A DNA stretch of 64,000 nucleotides. It comes from Chitinophaga pinensis (GTDB lineage: Bacteria; Bacteroidota; Bacteroidia; M30B66). The position numbers were made by a program, and so were the translations under genes. A model generated the notes under the pieces. That model searched no databases and was not told where the DNA came from. It saw only the letters and a list, made by a program, of their open reading frames with translations. Below, one piece after another: positions 8,162 to 17,696 of the stretch; within the stretch, counting starts at the first letter, position 1, and each line of letters opens with the position of its first letter. Location of the stretch: the NCBI GenBank assembly GCA_945883545.1, contig CAMCXT010000008.1, forward strand, positions 7,396-71,395. The letters run 5' to 3'.

Positions 8162-8991
8162 ATGTAAACGACATACAAATCGTTCTCACAGCGAGCCTCG
8201 TTACGCTTGCATGCGTTATTCCGGGATGTTTCCTTGTGCTGCGCCGGATGACAATGTTTGGAGACGCTATTTCACATGCTGTTTTACCGGGCATTGTGGC
8301 TGCATTTCTTTTCTCAGGCAGCCTCAATGGAATTGCGATGATCATTGGCGCATCACTAACAGGCTTGCTAGTTACATTGTTGATCGAATTGATCCAAAAG
8401 AAAATGCGGATCAGTCCCGACGCCTCCATTGGAATCACCTACACATTCCTATTTGCTATCGGAGTGATCATGGTGAGCCTACTCAGCAATCAAACCGATC
8501 TTGACCAAGAATGTGTGCTTTATGGCGACATTACCTTGGTGCCGCTCGATTTGGGCATGTGGGGAATCCCTCGTCAAATCTGGATTGCATCCATCCTCGA
8601 TATCGTTCTAATCATCACTTTATTGGTTGGTTACCGCGGTTTGTGGGTGAGCACTTTCGACCCATCTTTTGCAGCAGCCACGGGCATTGCCACCGTTTTC
8701 TGGCATTATCTCCTGATGGGCATGGTTTCACTTTCAACCGTAACAGCATTCGAATCGGTTGGAGCAATTATGGTAATCGCCTTGCTTACAGGTCCAGCAG
8801 CAACAGCCGCTTTGTTTGCACGTTCGCTTCCGCGGATGCTTGTAATTGCAAGCATTTCAGGAATTATCAGCTGTATTCTAGGATACATTCTAGCCACAAT
8901 ACTAGATGCTTCCATCGCCGGAGCAATTGCGGTAATGAACGGGCTATTGTTTTTTATATCACTTCTAATTAGAAAATTTATTAGAAATTAA
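8158..8991 (+). CDS. Metal ABC transporter permease (ABC-3 family)
   Basis: 277-aa TM protein, paralogous to the N-terminal part of the previous gene (GDAISHAVLPGI motif). Confidence 0.88.
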   Translation: MNVNDIQIVLTASLVTLACVIPGCFLVLRRMTMFGDAISHAVLPGIVAAFLFSGSLNGIAMIIGASLTGLLVTLLIELIQKKMRISPDASIGITYTFLFAIGVIMVSLLSNQTDLDQECVLYGDITLVPLDLGMWGIPRQIWIASILDIVLIITLLVGYRGLWVSTFDPSFAAATGIATVFWHYLLMGMVSLSTVTAFESVGAIMVIALLTGPAATAALFARSLPRMLVIASISGIISCILGYILATILDASIAGAIAVMNGLLFFISLLIRKFIRN

Positions 8992-9070
8992 TGATTATGT
9001 AATTCAAATAATTATTGGTTTTAAATGTAATAGGAAATGCACGCTTAATTTAGATTCAGATCAAAATTAA

Positions 9071-10054
9071 TCAATGCTGCAATGGTCTTTTCTTAATCAT
9101 TCCGCCACGGGTGTCTTTTACACTATTCATCACTACGAAAGCTGTTGGTTCAATCCGTTGGATTTCTGCATTTAATTTATTCAATTCCAATCGTGTAATT
9201 ACCGTATAAATGATATCTACTTCCTTGAGTTCTCCACGCTTCCCAAATCCACGCTTTCCAGAATAAACAGTCACACCACGGCCCATTTGGTTGATAATCA
9301 TTTGTCGAATTTCTTCATTTCGCGCCGATACGATTGTAACTCCAATATACTCTTCAATTCCTTCGATAATAAAATCTAATGTTCTTGATGCAGCGAAATA
9401 GGTGATCATCGAATACATGGCCACTTCAACACCCAAAAAATAAGCTGCTACACTAAAAATCAAAATATTAATCACAATGATAACATCCCCAATCGTAACA
9501 CCGAATTTACGACTCAAATAAATGGCAAGCACCTCAGTTCCATCAATTACAGCACCTCCACGAATCGAAAATCCAATGCCTGCACCAAGCAACATTCCAC
9601 CAAACAACGACACCAACAAATTGTCGTTCGTTACATCTGGAAATGGAACCAATGCCAATACAATAGCCAACAAGCCAATGGAAAGCGCGGTTTTCATGGC
9701 AAATTGCTTCCCCATTGTATTGTAACCCAAAATGATGAATGGTATATTGATCCCAACGATCAACAATGGCAAAGGCACTCCAGTAATAATAGACGCCAAC
9801 AATGAAATTCCAGTAGCACCACCATCAATAAATCCGTTGGTTAATAAAAAACCCTTAAAACCAAATGCTGCACAAAAAACACCTAAAGTCATTAAAGAAA
9901 AATCTTTCATGATCCTGCGCAACATGAAAAGCAAATCTTTGTGTCCGCGAGCTAATTGAAATTTAGAATATTGAGTATTCTCCGGTCGACCACGGTATTT
10001 AGCCTTTAGAACACTTCGAATAATCAGGTCTTTCCAGAATTTATTCATTTTCAT
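9071..10054 (-). CDS. YitT-family membrane protein (with DUF2179-like C-terminal domain)
   Basis: TM N-terminal half with GGATGIS / GGAVIDGTE repeats. Soluble C-terminus ...VTVYSGKRGF...VITRLEL. Confidence 0.78.
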   Translation of the reverse strand: MKMNKFWKDLIIRSVLKAKYRGRPENTQYSKFQLARGHKDLLFMLRRIMKDFSLMTLGVFCAAFGFKGFLLTNGFIDGGATGISLLASIITGVPLPLLIVGINIPFIILGYNTMGKQFAMKTALSIGLLAIVLALVPFPDVTNDNLLVSLFGGMLLGAGIGFSIRGGAVIDGTEVLAIYLSRKFGVTIGDVIIVINILIFSVAAYFLGVEVAMYSMITYFAASRTLDFIIEGIEEYIGVTIVSARNEEIRQMIINQMGRGVTVYSGKRGFGKRGELKEVDIIYTVITRLELNKLNAEIQRIEPTAFVVMNSVKDTRGGMIKKRPLQH

Positions 10055-10112
10055 TTCTCACTGTATTTTGAAGGGTAAAGAAAATCAATTTCATTAATTA
10101 AATCATGTTAAA

Positions 10113-10781
10113 TCAACATGAACAACCTGCTACAATAACCACTTGCTCCGAAGTTAGTTTCTTCAATAACAATTGAAATGCTTCAGCATATTCTTCCAGT
10201 TTAGCATCTTCCAGATCCTCACCAATATATTCAGTTGAGAGTTTTTTTAGTTCCTCTAAAACCAATCGTGTTGTCTTTGTTGGCTTGTGCACAAAGATTA
10301 AATATTCACATAAATAAACTCCATAATTTACCGATTCTTTGGGCTTACTTATTATCCAAGACCGATCGGAGGCTTTTAATTCATTATGAATACCAATACT
10401 GTATGTAAATTCAAACTGATCAGTAATTGTAATTTTTTGAATTTCACTTTTCAAAATTGATTTCTCTTGAATTAACTGATACACTTTAAATTTCTCTTTT
10501 TTAGGATCGTTTGGATAATTATATGCATAACTAATTCTATCTTGATAAAACGTAAATGAATCATCTGAAAATGCTGTTGGATAGCCTAATACCCTTAATA
10601 AATAGGCTTGATTGCCCATCGAATCGTTCGAAAAATAACCATCTGCCACATAGTTATATGCTTTAATTGACTCACCTTGATTTGTTTGAATGATAAAAGT
10701 GAAATGCTGACCATTGTATTCAGCTTTAACATCAGAATAAATACAAATAATAAGAGAAATGATGAAGATTATCTTTTTCAT
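10113..10781 (-). CDS. Hypothetical secreted protein
   Basis: Signal peptide MKKIIFIISLIICIYSDVKA (ATG 10781 preferred over 10802). No recognised domain. Confidence 0.5.
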   Translation of the reverse strand: MKKIIFIISLIICIYSDVKAEYNGQHFTFIIQTNQGESIKAYNYVADGYFSNDSMGNQAYLLRVLGYPTAFSDDSFTFYQDRISYAYNYPNDPKKEKFKVYQLIQEKSILKSEIQKITITDQFEFTYSIGIHNELKASDRSWIISKPKESVNYGVYLCEYLIFVHKPTKTTRLVLEELKKLSTEYIGEDLEDAKLEEYAEAFQLLLKKLTSEQVVIVAGCSC

Positions 10782-10853
10782 TTTAGCAGTTTCAGCTGTC
10801 AAATATACCCTTAATTTTACAGCTTACTTGTTTACCTATACACACATTCATCT

Positions 10854-11252
10854 ATGTCACTCACGCTTAAAGAAGCCATCCAACACGTACAGGATTTCCA
10901 CCATGCTTTCAAGTTGCCAGTTCGTTTCGAACCAACAGCAGTTCTATCAGACCAAGAAAGAATGCTTCGTTTCAACCTAATGAAGGAAGAAAATGAAGAA
11001 TACCTCGAAGCTGCCGAAAGAGGCGACATTGTTGAAATTGCAGATGCACTTGGCGATATGCTTTACATTCTTTGTGGAACCATCAATGCACATGGTTTAC
11101 AAGAATACATGGCACCCGTTTTTGAGGAAATCCAACGCAGCAACATGAGTAAACTCGATGAGAACGGCCAACCGATCTACCGCGAAGATGGCAAGGTGAT
11201 GAAATCAGACCGATACTTCAAACCGAATCTTTACGCCATATTGGAAAAGTAA
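10854..11252 (+). CDS. MazG-like nucleoside triphosphate pyrophosphohydrolase family protein
   Basis: EENEEYLEA...EIADALGDMLY (EExxE...D) helical NTP-PPase pattern, 132 aa. Confidence 0.68.
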   Translation: MSLTLKEAIQHVQDFHHAFKLPVRFEPTAVLSDQERMLRFNLMKEENEEYLEAAERGDIVEIADALGDMLYILCGTINAHGLQEYMAPVFEEIQRSNMSKLDENGQPIYREDGKVMKSDRYFKPNLYAILEK

Positions 11253-11258
11253 TTCGGC

Positions 11259-14159
11259 TTATTGCCCTGGAGGTGGTCCAATCGGATTGGTTCCATAACC
11301 CGGTTCCCTTGGTCCAAAAACTCCGGGAGGAGCTCCTGCTGCAGGCTTGAAACTTCTCAAAGTGTAAGTGAAGGTCAACATGAAATACCTATTCAAAACA
11401 CGTGTGATATTGTCTTCCACAAAGGTTTCGGTTACGGTTCTGGTAATACTGTTGTTTTGATTTAAAATATCAAAAGCTGAAATCTTTAATTCGCCAGCTT
11501 GATTTTTCAGGAATTTATATCCCAAATAGGCATTCCACAAAATAAATTGCTGATCAAACCCTTCGCCTAATCCAATGAATTGATTGTAATTGAAATCCGA
11601 ATTCAACACAAATCTTTTCGATGGCATCCAGTTGATTTTCGCGCCAGCTGTATGAATTTGATAATTGTTATTTAACTGAGGCTGAAGAGAATTTTCTACA
11701 ATATTCCAACCTCCGTTGTATGACAAGGTAAAATCAAGTTTTTCGCTGATATTACTTGCGATAACAACTCCTCCACTCCACATGGTATTTGCGGTTTCAT
11801 TGCGAATTCCATTCACCATACCTGGTGTCAAGATGTAATTATTACCAGCCTGGAAATTCAATGTGCTTTTTAGAAATTTCAGTGGTGTGCTGTAAGTTAA
11901 AAGCGATCGAATTGCAACATAACCGTTCATATTTACCGGGCGACTTAATTGCGCTCCTGGACGTAAATTTATCCCCTCATACACGGTTGTATCGCCGTTA
12001 GCCAATAAAGTAGCATTTGCAATGTACTGATTGGTGAATGAGGCACTTCCATTAAAAAACAAAGATCTGCTCGTATTGGCATTTGTAGTTCCAAAACGGG
12101 CAGTGATGGATTGTGAAAACTCTTGTTTCAAATCTGGATTTCCAGTGCTCAATTGAAGCGGATTGCTATTGTCGACTACGTTTTGCAATTGAGCTACACT
12201 GGGAGAATTGGTATTGCTTCGGTAAAACAACCGAAGGTTTGTGGCTGAACTGAATTTGTAATTAAGCATCGCAAATGGCAAAACATTCACCCACGATTTT
12301 CGAAGCGATAATCCTTCAGGAAAAGTAGTTTCATTCGCCAGCGTAAATTGTTGCACGTTGAAATTAATTACACCCATCAATTTCGGCGATCTAAGTCGGA
12401 TTCCCGCGCCACCTCTTTGAATGGTTTGCGTGTTATTGAATTGATTGCTCAACGAAGAATCCAATCGGGTTAATTCGTTGGTAATGGAATCGTTTCGAAA
12501 CGTCCGCTTGTCAGAGTAATTGTAAGTAATCGATGGAGCATAACTCAAAAACAACTGCATCACTTTGCCCAAAGGCTCGGTGTATGTGAGGTTGGAAGAA
12601 TATGTCTGACTGTTTGTGTAATTCTCACCTTTCTGCTTGAAAGTGATGGTTGAATCGAACTGCGAAAAATCATTCGAAGTGGTGAGATCAGAATTACCAT
12701 TGCGTTCATTCCAATCGGCATTCAGCGCCAATGAAACCGTTCTACCTGTTTTTTTGAATCGGTGACGAATCAGAAGGTTGTTATTGACACTGTAAGGTGT
12801 ATTCGCAGAACTGTTAATGGTTTTGGTATTGCTTAATGATGCATCAGAATTGATTCTTGTAGCACCATCGAGATCGGATCCAGCTTGATTTCCTTGCCAA
12901 GAAATTCGAGGGGTATAAATAATTGAATTCATCGTATCGAGCGTGTATTCGATTCGAAGGTTTAACCTATGATTCAAATTGTTCGACCACGAGGTATTGG
13001 TTTCGTTGTAGTTCTGTGTAGTGGTATCGTTGAGGAAAAATGCTCGATTTACAGTTTTATCGGTTGCATTGTAAGTGTTGTTGAAGAAATAGCTTCCCTG
13101 GAACTTCAATTTTGGAGACAGCGAATCAGAGTAATTTATTCCTAATGTATGCGTGGTGTTGATTCCATTCGATTGATTTACCATGAAATTCGACGGATCC
13201 GATGCACCCGGAACCATGCCCATCATGCGCATCATTCCACCGCCGCCACCTCCGCCGCCAGCGCGCCCACCACCAGCCGAACCACCTGTTAGACCAATTA
13301 AATCTTGAGATGAAAAATTCTGCTGGTTGATATTATTGGATTGCCCAAGAATGGTAAACTTTCGATTTCCCTTGAATTTGTTGTAGTTAAAACCAGCGTT
13401 AAATCGATCGTCTGTGCCATATCCACCATAAAACTTGCCGAAACTGGCATTTTTCATTCCTCCACCGCGCGTAATTACATTGATCGAACGACGCGAATTG
13501 CCGTCATCAAACCCAGTAAATTGCGCTTGATCACTCAATCTATCAAACACTTGAATTTTTTCAACGACTTCGGCAGGCAGATTTTTTAAAGCGGTTGCAG
13601 CATCATCACCAAAAAACTCCTTCCCATCAATCAAAACCTTCTGCACTGTTTCTCCGCCAGCTTTCAAGGTGCCATTTTCGACCGTCATGCCGGGCATTTT
13701 CTTCACCAAGTCTTCCAAATTCGCATCTGGATTGGTTTTAAAAGCGGCTGCATTAAATTGTGTGGTGTCGCCTTTTTGCTCCGTTCGAACCTGAGCTCCT
13801 TCAACATTTAACTCCTTTAGATTCTTAGAATCCACTTCCAAAAAAATTGGCCCCGTTCGAACAGGTTCATTCGCAACTACAATCGATTTATATTGGTATT
13901 TATAACCGACAGATCTAATTTGTAAAATGTAATTACCCGCGTCCACATTGTTGATCGAAAAAATTCCCTCCGGGGAAGTTGGAGCCCCCTTGTAAATGGA
14001 AGAATCAGGTTTCAAAAGCACTGCACCGGCACCTGGAATCGGTTCTTGGCTAGCTTTGTCCATCACCCGACCTCGTACCGATGATTGTGCATCGAGCCCG
14101 GAAACGAAGAACATTGATAGAAAAACAAGAAGGATTGTGGAACGTATGGATATATTCAT
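11259..14159 (-). CDS. Outer-membrane beta-barrel / TonB-dependent-receptor-like protein with N-terminal CarboxypepD_reg-like domain
   Basis: Signal peptide, then a VRGRV.D....PIPGA...GNY.L..SVGY domain, then a long beta-rich region ending ...TFTYTLRSF. Internal Gly run. Confidence 0.78.
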   Translation of the reverse strand: MNISIRSTILLVFLSMFFVSGLDAQSSVRGRVMDKASQEPIPGAGAVLLKPDSSIYKGAPTSPEGIFSINNVDAGNYILQIRSVGYKYQYKSIVVANEPVRTGPIFLEVDSKNLKELNVEGAQVRTEQKGDTTQFNAAAFKTNPDANLEDLVKKMPGMTVENGTLKAGGETVQKVLIDGKEFFGDDAATALKNLPAEVVEKIQVFDRLSDQAQFTGFDDGNSRRSINVITRGGGMKNASFGKFYGGYGTDDRFNAGFNYNKFKGNRKFTILGQSNNINQQNFSSQDLIGLTGGSAGGGRAGGGGGGGGMMRMMGMVPGASDPSNFMVNQSNGINTTHTLGINYSDSLSPKLKFQGSYFFNNTYNATDKTVNRAFFLNDTTTQNYNETNTSWSNNLNHRLNLRIEYTLDTMNSIIYTPRISWQGNQAGSDLDGATRINSDASLSNTKTINSSANTPYSVNNNLLIRHRFKKTGRTVSLALNADWNERNGNSDLTTSNDFSQFDSTITFKQKGENYTNSQTYSSNLTYTEPLGKVMQLFLSYAPSITYNYSDKRTFRNDSITNELTRLDSSLSNQFNNTQTIQRGGAGIRLRSPKLMGVINFNVQQFTLANETTFPEGLSLRKSWVNVLPFAMLNYKFSSATNLRLFYRSNTNSPSVAQLQNVVDNSNPLQLSTGNPDLKQEFSQSITARFGTTNANTSRSLFFNGSASFTNQYIANATLLANGDTTVYEGINLRPGAQLSRPVNMNGYVAIRSLLTYSTPLKFLKSTLNFQAGNNYILTPGMVNGIRNETANTMWSGGVVIASNISEKLDFTLSYNGGWNIVENSLQPQLNNNYQIHTAGAKINWMPSKRFVLNSDFNYNQFIGLGEGFDQQFILWNAYLGYKFLKNQAGELKISAFDILNQNNSITRTVTETFVEDNITRVLNRYFMLTFTYTLRSFKPAAGAPPGVFGPREPGYGTNPIGPPPGQ

Positions 14160-14337
14160 TCTGAGGAAATTCTAAGCAAAGGTAGGATTTAGCAGCAAGG
14201 CTAAAACTCTTTTGGATGATATTGGTTTAAACATGAAAAACATATATCATTGAATTGCTCAGCAATAAATTAGATTGAATCCTTTAGACATGTTAAAATT
14301 GATCGAAATAGAAATTCAAAAAATACTTGATTTAGCA

Positions 14338-16161
14338 TTATCTATTCCTATCCAACAATTGCTTTGCCTTCTTCATGAATTCTTCAGGCATTTCAACAGG
14401 TGGCGCATGGAATGGCTTAATTCGAGCATCTACAATCAACGAACCTTTGCAGCCCCAATGTTTATTTTCTGTGAAACTTCCTACACCATAAACATCATGC
14501 GATGGATTGGATCTTGTAAAGGTTACCCAGAGCCAATTCCCCAATGTTTTCGATACAAATGATGCATCATCACACAATGTGATAAATGGAAATTCTGATG
14601 CCAATTCCAACGGAAGCTTCTCCGTCAATCGCAGCAATTCGTGCTTTGCAGATTCGTAATTTGTGAATTTAGGTCCACTAACCGACAAAACTCCAGGAAA
14701 AACAAAGTGTAGATCACTGAAACCATCAGGCAATTCAACATTGTTCGGAATTGTATTCCCCAATTTCCTGCTGGAATTTCCAGTTGCAGCCAAAACAAGT
14801 TTAGATCCTGTATTCAACCCATCACCACTATAATCAAGGGTATCTATTGTGGTTTGGGTGTGAAAATGTAAATCGCGACTTAAATCGATTCTCTCTAAAA
14901 TGTGCTCGAAAAAAGCCTGTTCATGGTGTGTCGTAAGCGCTTGATTGTCTTCTTTCGCAGCAATGAAAAGCCATTTCGCCAAACTTAACTGCCCAGTTCC
15001 TAAAATATGATTTGAAATCGTGAGCAATTCTGCCGGGCGGCGATCTTCTTTCAAAAATGGCGTGTAACGTTCCGATCCAATAGCCAATAACAATGGATGA
15101 ACTCCTGCAGCATCTACTGCATGAACTTCATGAACACCAGGCAATTCACTCTTAATCGCACCTCCAGTTAATTCATGGATTAATGCACCAAAAGCAGTAT
15201 CTTCTTGAGGAGGTCTTCCAACAACGGTGAATGGCCAAATCGCATCTTTCCGATGATATACATTGTGCACGCGCATCAATGGGAATGGATGCTTTAAACT
15301 GTAATAGCCAAGATGGTCGCCAAATGGACCTTCCAGCTTATTTTCATTCGGATAAACTTCACCAGTGATAACAAAATCAGCATCTGCACTGATACAGAAC
15401 CCTTCTTGATCATAAAAATACCGAAACCTGCGATTGTTCAAAGCTCCGGCGAATGTCATTTCTGAAAGCCCTTCAGGCAAAGGCATTACAGCACCTAAAA
15501 TATGCGATGGCGGACCACCAACAAAAATGCTCACTTTTAAAGGCAAATTCTTTGCATTTGTCTTGCTTTGATGCACGCCAATTCCTCGATGCAACTGATA
15601 ATGCAATCCAATTTCTTGATCTTGGATATAATCATTTCCACCCAATTGAATTCTGTACATGCCTAAATTGGCATTCATAATTCCAGGCTTATCAATATCT
15701 TCAGTGTAAACTGCAGGCAAAGTAACGAAAGGCCCGCCATCATTGGGCCAATGTACAATTTGAGGAATATCGCTGATTTTACATTTCCCAAATGCAACAG
15801 GCTTCGAAAATATAGACTTAGAAGGAAGTGCCTTTATTGCTAATAATGGGATCGCCAAATTGTCTAAAGGGTGCTTCAAAGCTTGCATTGGATCGGTTTT
15901 CAGTGCAATCAACTTCTGAATATTCTTCCAAGTATCACGAAACATGAATTTGCTTCGATCAATATCCCCAAAAAGATTAGATACTGCCGGAAACTTAGAG
16001 CCTTTCACACGTTCAAATAGAACCGCCTTACCATTTCGCTCGAAAGTTTCTAAATGAATAGCCGACATTTCCAAGTACGGATCTACCTCATCCTTAATGC
16101 GTAACAAATGACCATTTTTCTCAAGATCAGCAACGCAATGTGCAAGACTTTTATATCCCAT
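14338..16161 (-). CDS. UbiD-family decarboxylase (menaquinone/ubiquinone biosynthesis type)
   Basis: 607 aa. ...PAVSNLFG...GGPFVTLP...GMYR.Q...HHQ...GGPP motif order typical of UbiD. Confidence 0.86.
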   Translation of the reverse strand: MGYKSLAHCVADLEKNGHLLRIKDEVDPYLEMSAIHLETFERNGKAVLFERVKGSKFPAVSNLFGDIDRSKFMFRDTWKNIQKLIALKTDPMQALKHPLDNLAIPLLAIKALPSKSIFSKPVAFGKCKISDIPQIVHWPNDGGPFVTLPAVYTEDIDKPGIMNANLGMYRIQLGGNDYIQDQEIGLHYQLHRGIGVHQSKTNAKNLPLKVSIFVGGPPSHILGAVMPLPEGLSEMTFAGALNNRRFRYFYDQEGFCISADADFVITGEVYPNENKLEGPFGDHLGYYSLKHPFPLMRVHNVYHRKDAIWPFTVVGRPPQEDTAFGALIHELTGGAIKSELPGVHEVHAVDAAGVHPLLLAIGSERYTPFLKEDRRPAELLTISNHILGTGQLSLAKWLFIAAKEDNQALTTHHEQAFFEHILERIDLSRDLHFHTQTTIDTLDYSGDGLNTGSKLVLAATGNSSRKLGNTIPNNVELPDGFSDLHFVFPGVLSVSGPKFTNYESAKHELLRLTEKLPLELASEFPFITLCDDASFVSKTLGNWLWVTFTRSNPSHDVYGVGSFTENKHWGCKGSLIVDARIKPFHAPPVEMPEEFMKKAKQLLDRNR

Positions 16162-16243
16162 GACGGCAGCAAGTTAACGATTCAACCGCAATACAACAGC
16201 ATTCTTGGATTTTGGTTCGCCGAGTTTCACATTCTATTAAAAT

Positions 16244-16277
16244 AAAAATCCCCGAAACGAATTAATCGAATCGGGGA
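16244..16277 (-). terminator. Rho-independent terminator candidate for the 16297-17367 gene
   Basis: On the minus strand, TCCCCGA-N15-TCGGGGA hairpin followed by TTTTTATTTT. Confidence 0.55.
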
Positions 16278-16296
16278 AATCAAATGAATTAGATTA

Positions 16297-17367
16297 TTAT
16301 TTCGTACGAACAGTAACTGTTGTATTGTTATTTACTGTTCCACCTGCATTTTTAATTTTCTGATGAATTTCTGCTCTGCGCAATTGCAAATCCAATTCAC
16401 GATCTTCACGCTCACGCTTAGCTACATCAGCCAAAACGATTTTATAATTCACTGTTAAATTGAAATAAAACTGCACAGTTGGCTCAACCATATCTGGGTT
16501 CAATACCACGTCGAATTGATTGTATGGAACTTTTTCATAATAAATTGTCGACATTTTTTCGGTATAATTAATTTCAATGGGCTTTTCTTTCCCAGGCTTT
16601 GTAGGCTTAACCTTCGGAACAGTCGTATTTGCAGCTGTATATTTCATATATCTTTCCATCGGATAAACAGAACCTTGTGTACTTCCATATTGCTGCGCTT
16701 CTACTGTAAAACCCATGCGATCGTAAGATTCCACTTTGCGATTAATTATTTCCTCTGCTTTTGCACGCAATTGATCATAAATTTTATCCATATCTGCAAC
16801 ATTGTAATCAATTTTCACCAAATCATAAATCTCTGCTTTGGCCGCTGCACTAATCAAATCGTTCACGCGATCATGGTTATCAAATTTCACGTGAATATTC
16901 TTTTTCATTTCAAATCCTGCTGGAACTTCATTAAATGTTTTTGAATATTTCTTTTCAGTCGATTCGAAGTCATATTTTGGAACCATCGAAATAAAATCAA
17001 CATGCGTATTTGCAATTGAAATTCCCACTTTTAATAATTCTTCAAATACATTATTTAATCTTATATCCATCATTGAATCAGTCTCTTCTATCGTTTCACC
17101 AACCTGCGTTACACTCAAAATTGCCACATAAGATGTTGCCTTCATATTGATCATTACATCCGCTTTTACAGGTGTAATTGTGCTATTATAACTTGGATTT
17201 AAATTTACTCCTTTAGGTTGTTGATATGGAATATATCCATTTCCATAAGAATCATTGCTGTAAATATTATTACCTGTAGATGAGGCATTTACAGCATTTC
17301 CAGCCGATTGAGCATTTAATTGAATGGCTGAAAATATTACCAGCGCAGAGAGAATTATTTTTTTCAT
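16297..17367 (-). CDS. Secreted protein, possibly SIMPL/DUF541-like
   Basis: Signal peptide MKKIILSALVIFSAIQLNAQ. Weak resemblance to the DUF541 pattern. Basic/acidic coiled C-terminus. Confidence 0.55.
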   Translation of the reverse strand: MKKIILSALVIFSAIQLNAQSAGNAVNASSTGNNIYSNDSYGNGYIPYQQPKGVNLNPSYNSTITPVKADVMINMKATSYVAILSVTQVGETIEETDSMMDIRLNNVFEELLKVGISIANTHVDFISMVPKYDFESTEKKYSKTFNEVPAGFEMKKNIHVKFDNHDRVNDLISAAAKAEIYDLVKIDYNVADMDKIYDQLRAKAEEIINRKVESYDRMGFTVEAQQYGSTQGSVYPMERYMKYTAANTTVPKVKPTKPGKEKPIEINYTEKMSTIYYEKVPYNQFDVVLNPDMVEPTVQFYFNLTVNYKIVLADVAKREREDRELDLQLRRAEIHQKIKNAGGTVNNNTTVTVRTK

Positions 17368-17637
17368 GGTGTCGAATTTTGCTGCCTTTATGGTTGAAAA
17401 TAAAAGAGGTTCATTTCAACACGAAAAAAAATTATTTATTTTTCATATGTACTGTATTTCAGCACTTTATTTTGCCGGCCGCCGAATCAATATTTCGTTC
17501 AATTACACATTTTGGTCGGCGCCACGCTTTCCGCGCTACGCACTTTCGCTCCGCTTCAGTGGGTAGCCAGCTCCAATCGCTGCCGGAATTCACCAATAAC
17601 ATCCAAATTCCAAATTCGCGTGCATCACCATCGTACA

Positions 17638-17672
17638 ACAAAAAATCCCTGAACCATAATTGGAACAGGGAT
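17638..17672 (-). terminator. Rho-independent terminator of the aconitase gene
   Basis: On the minus strand, ATCCCTG-N14-CAGGGAT hairpin followed by TTTTTTGTTG, 25 nt after the stop. Confidence 0.7.
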
Positions 17673-17696
17673 TTTCGAATGATTTGAAAATGCGAA

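Noticed and set aside
8211-8972. ORFs 8211-8504(+), 8511-8972(+), 8142-8438(-) and 8706-8915(-)
   Set aside because: These are alternative-frame or antisense shadows of the ABC-3 permease gene 8158-8991, with Cys/His/Arg-rich nonsense composition.
17459-17641. 60-aa ORF on the minus strand across the GC-rich island
   Set aside because: It has no recognisable motif and sits at the minimum length. The open frame is likely a by-product of local GC richness. The region is reported as a possible RNA element instead.
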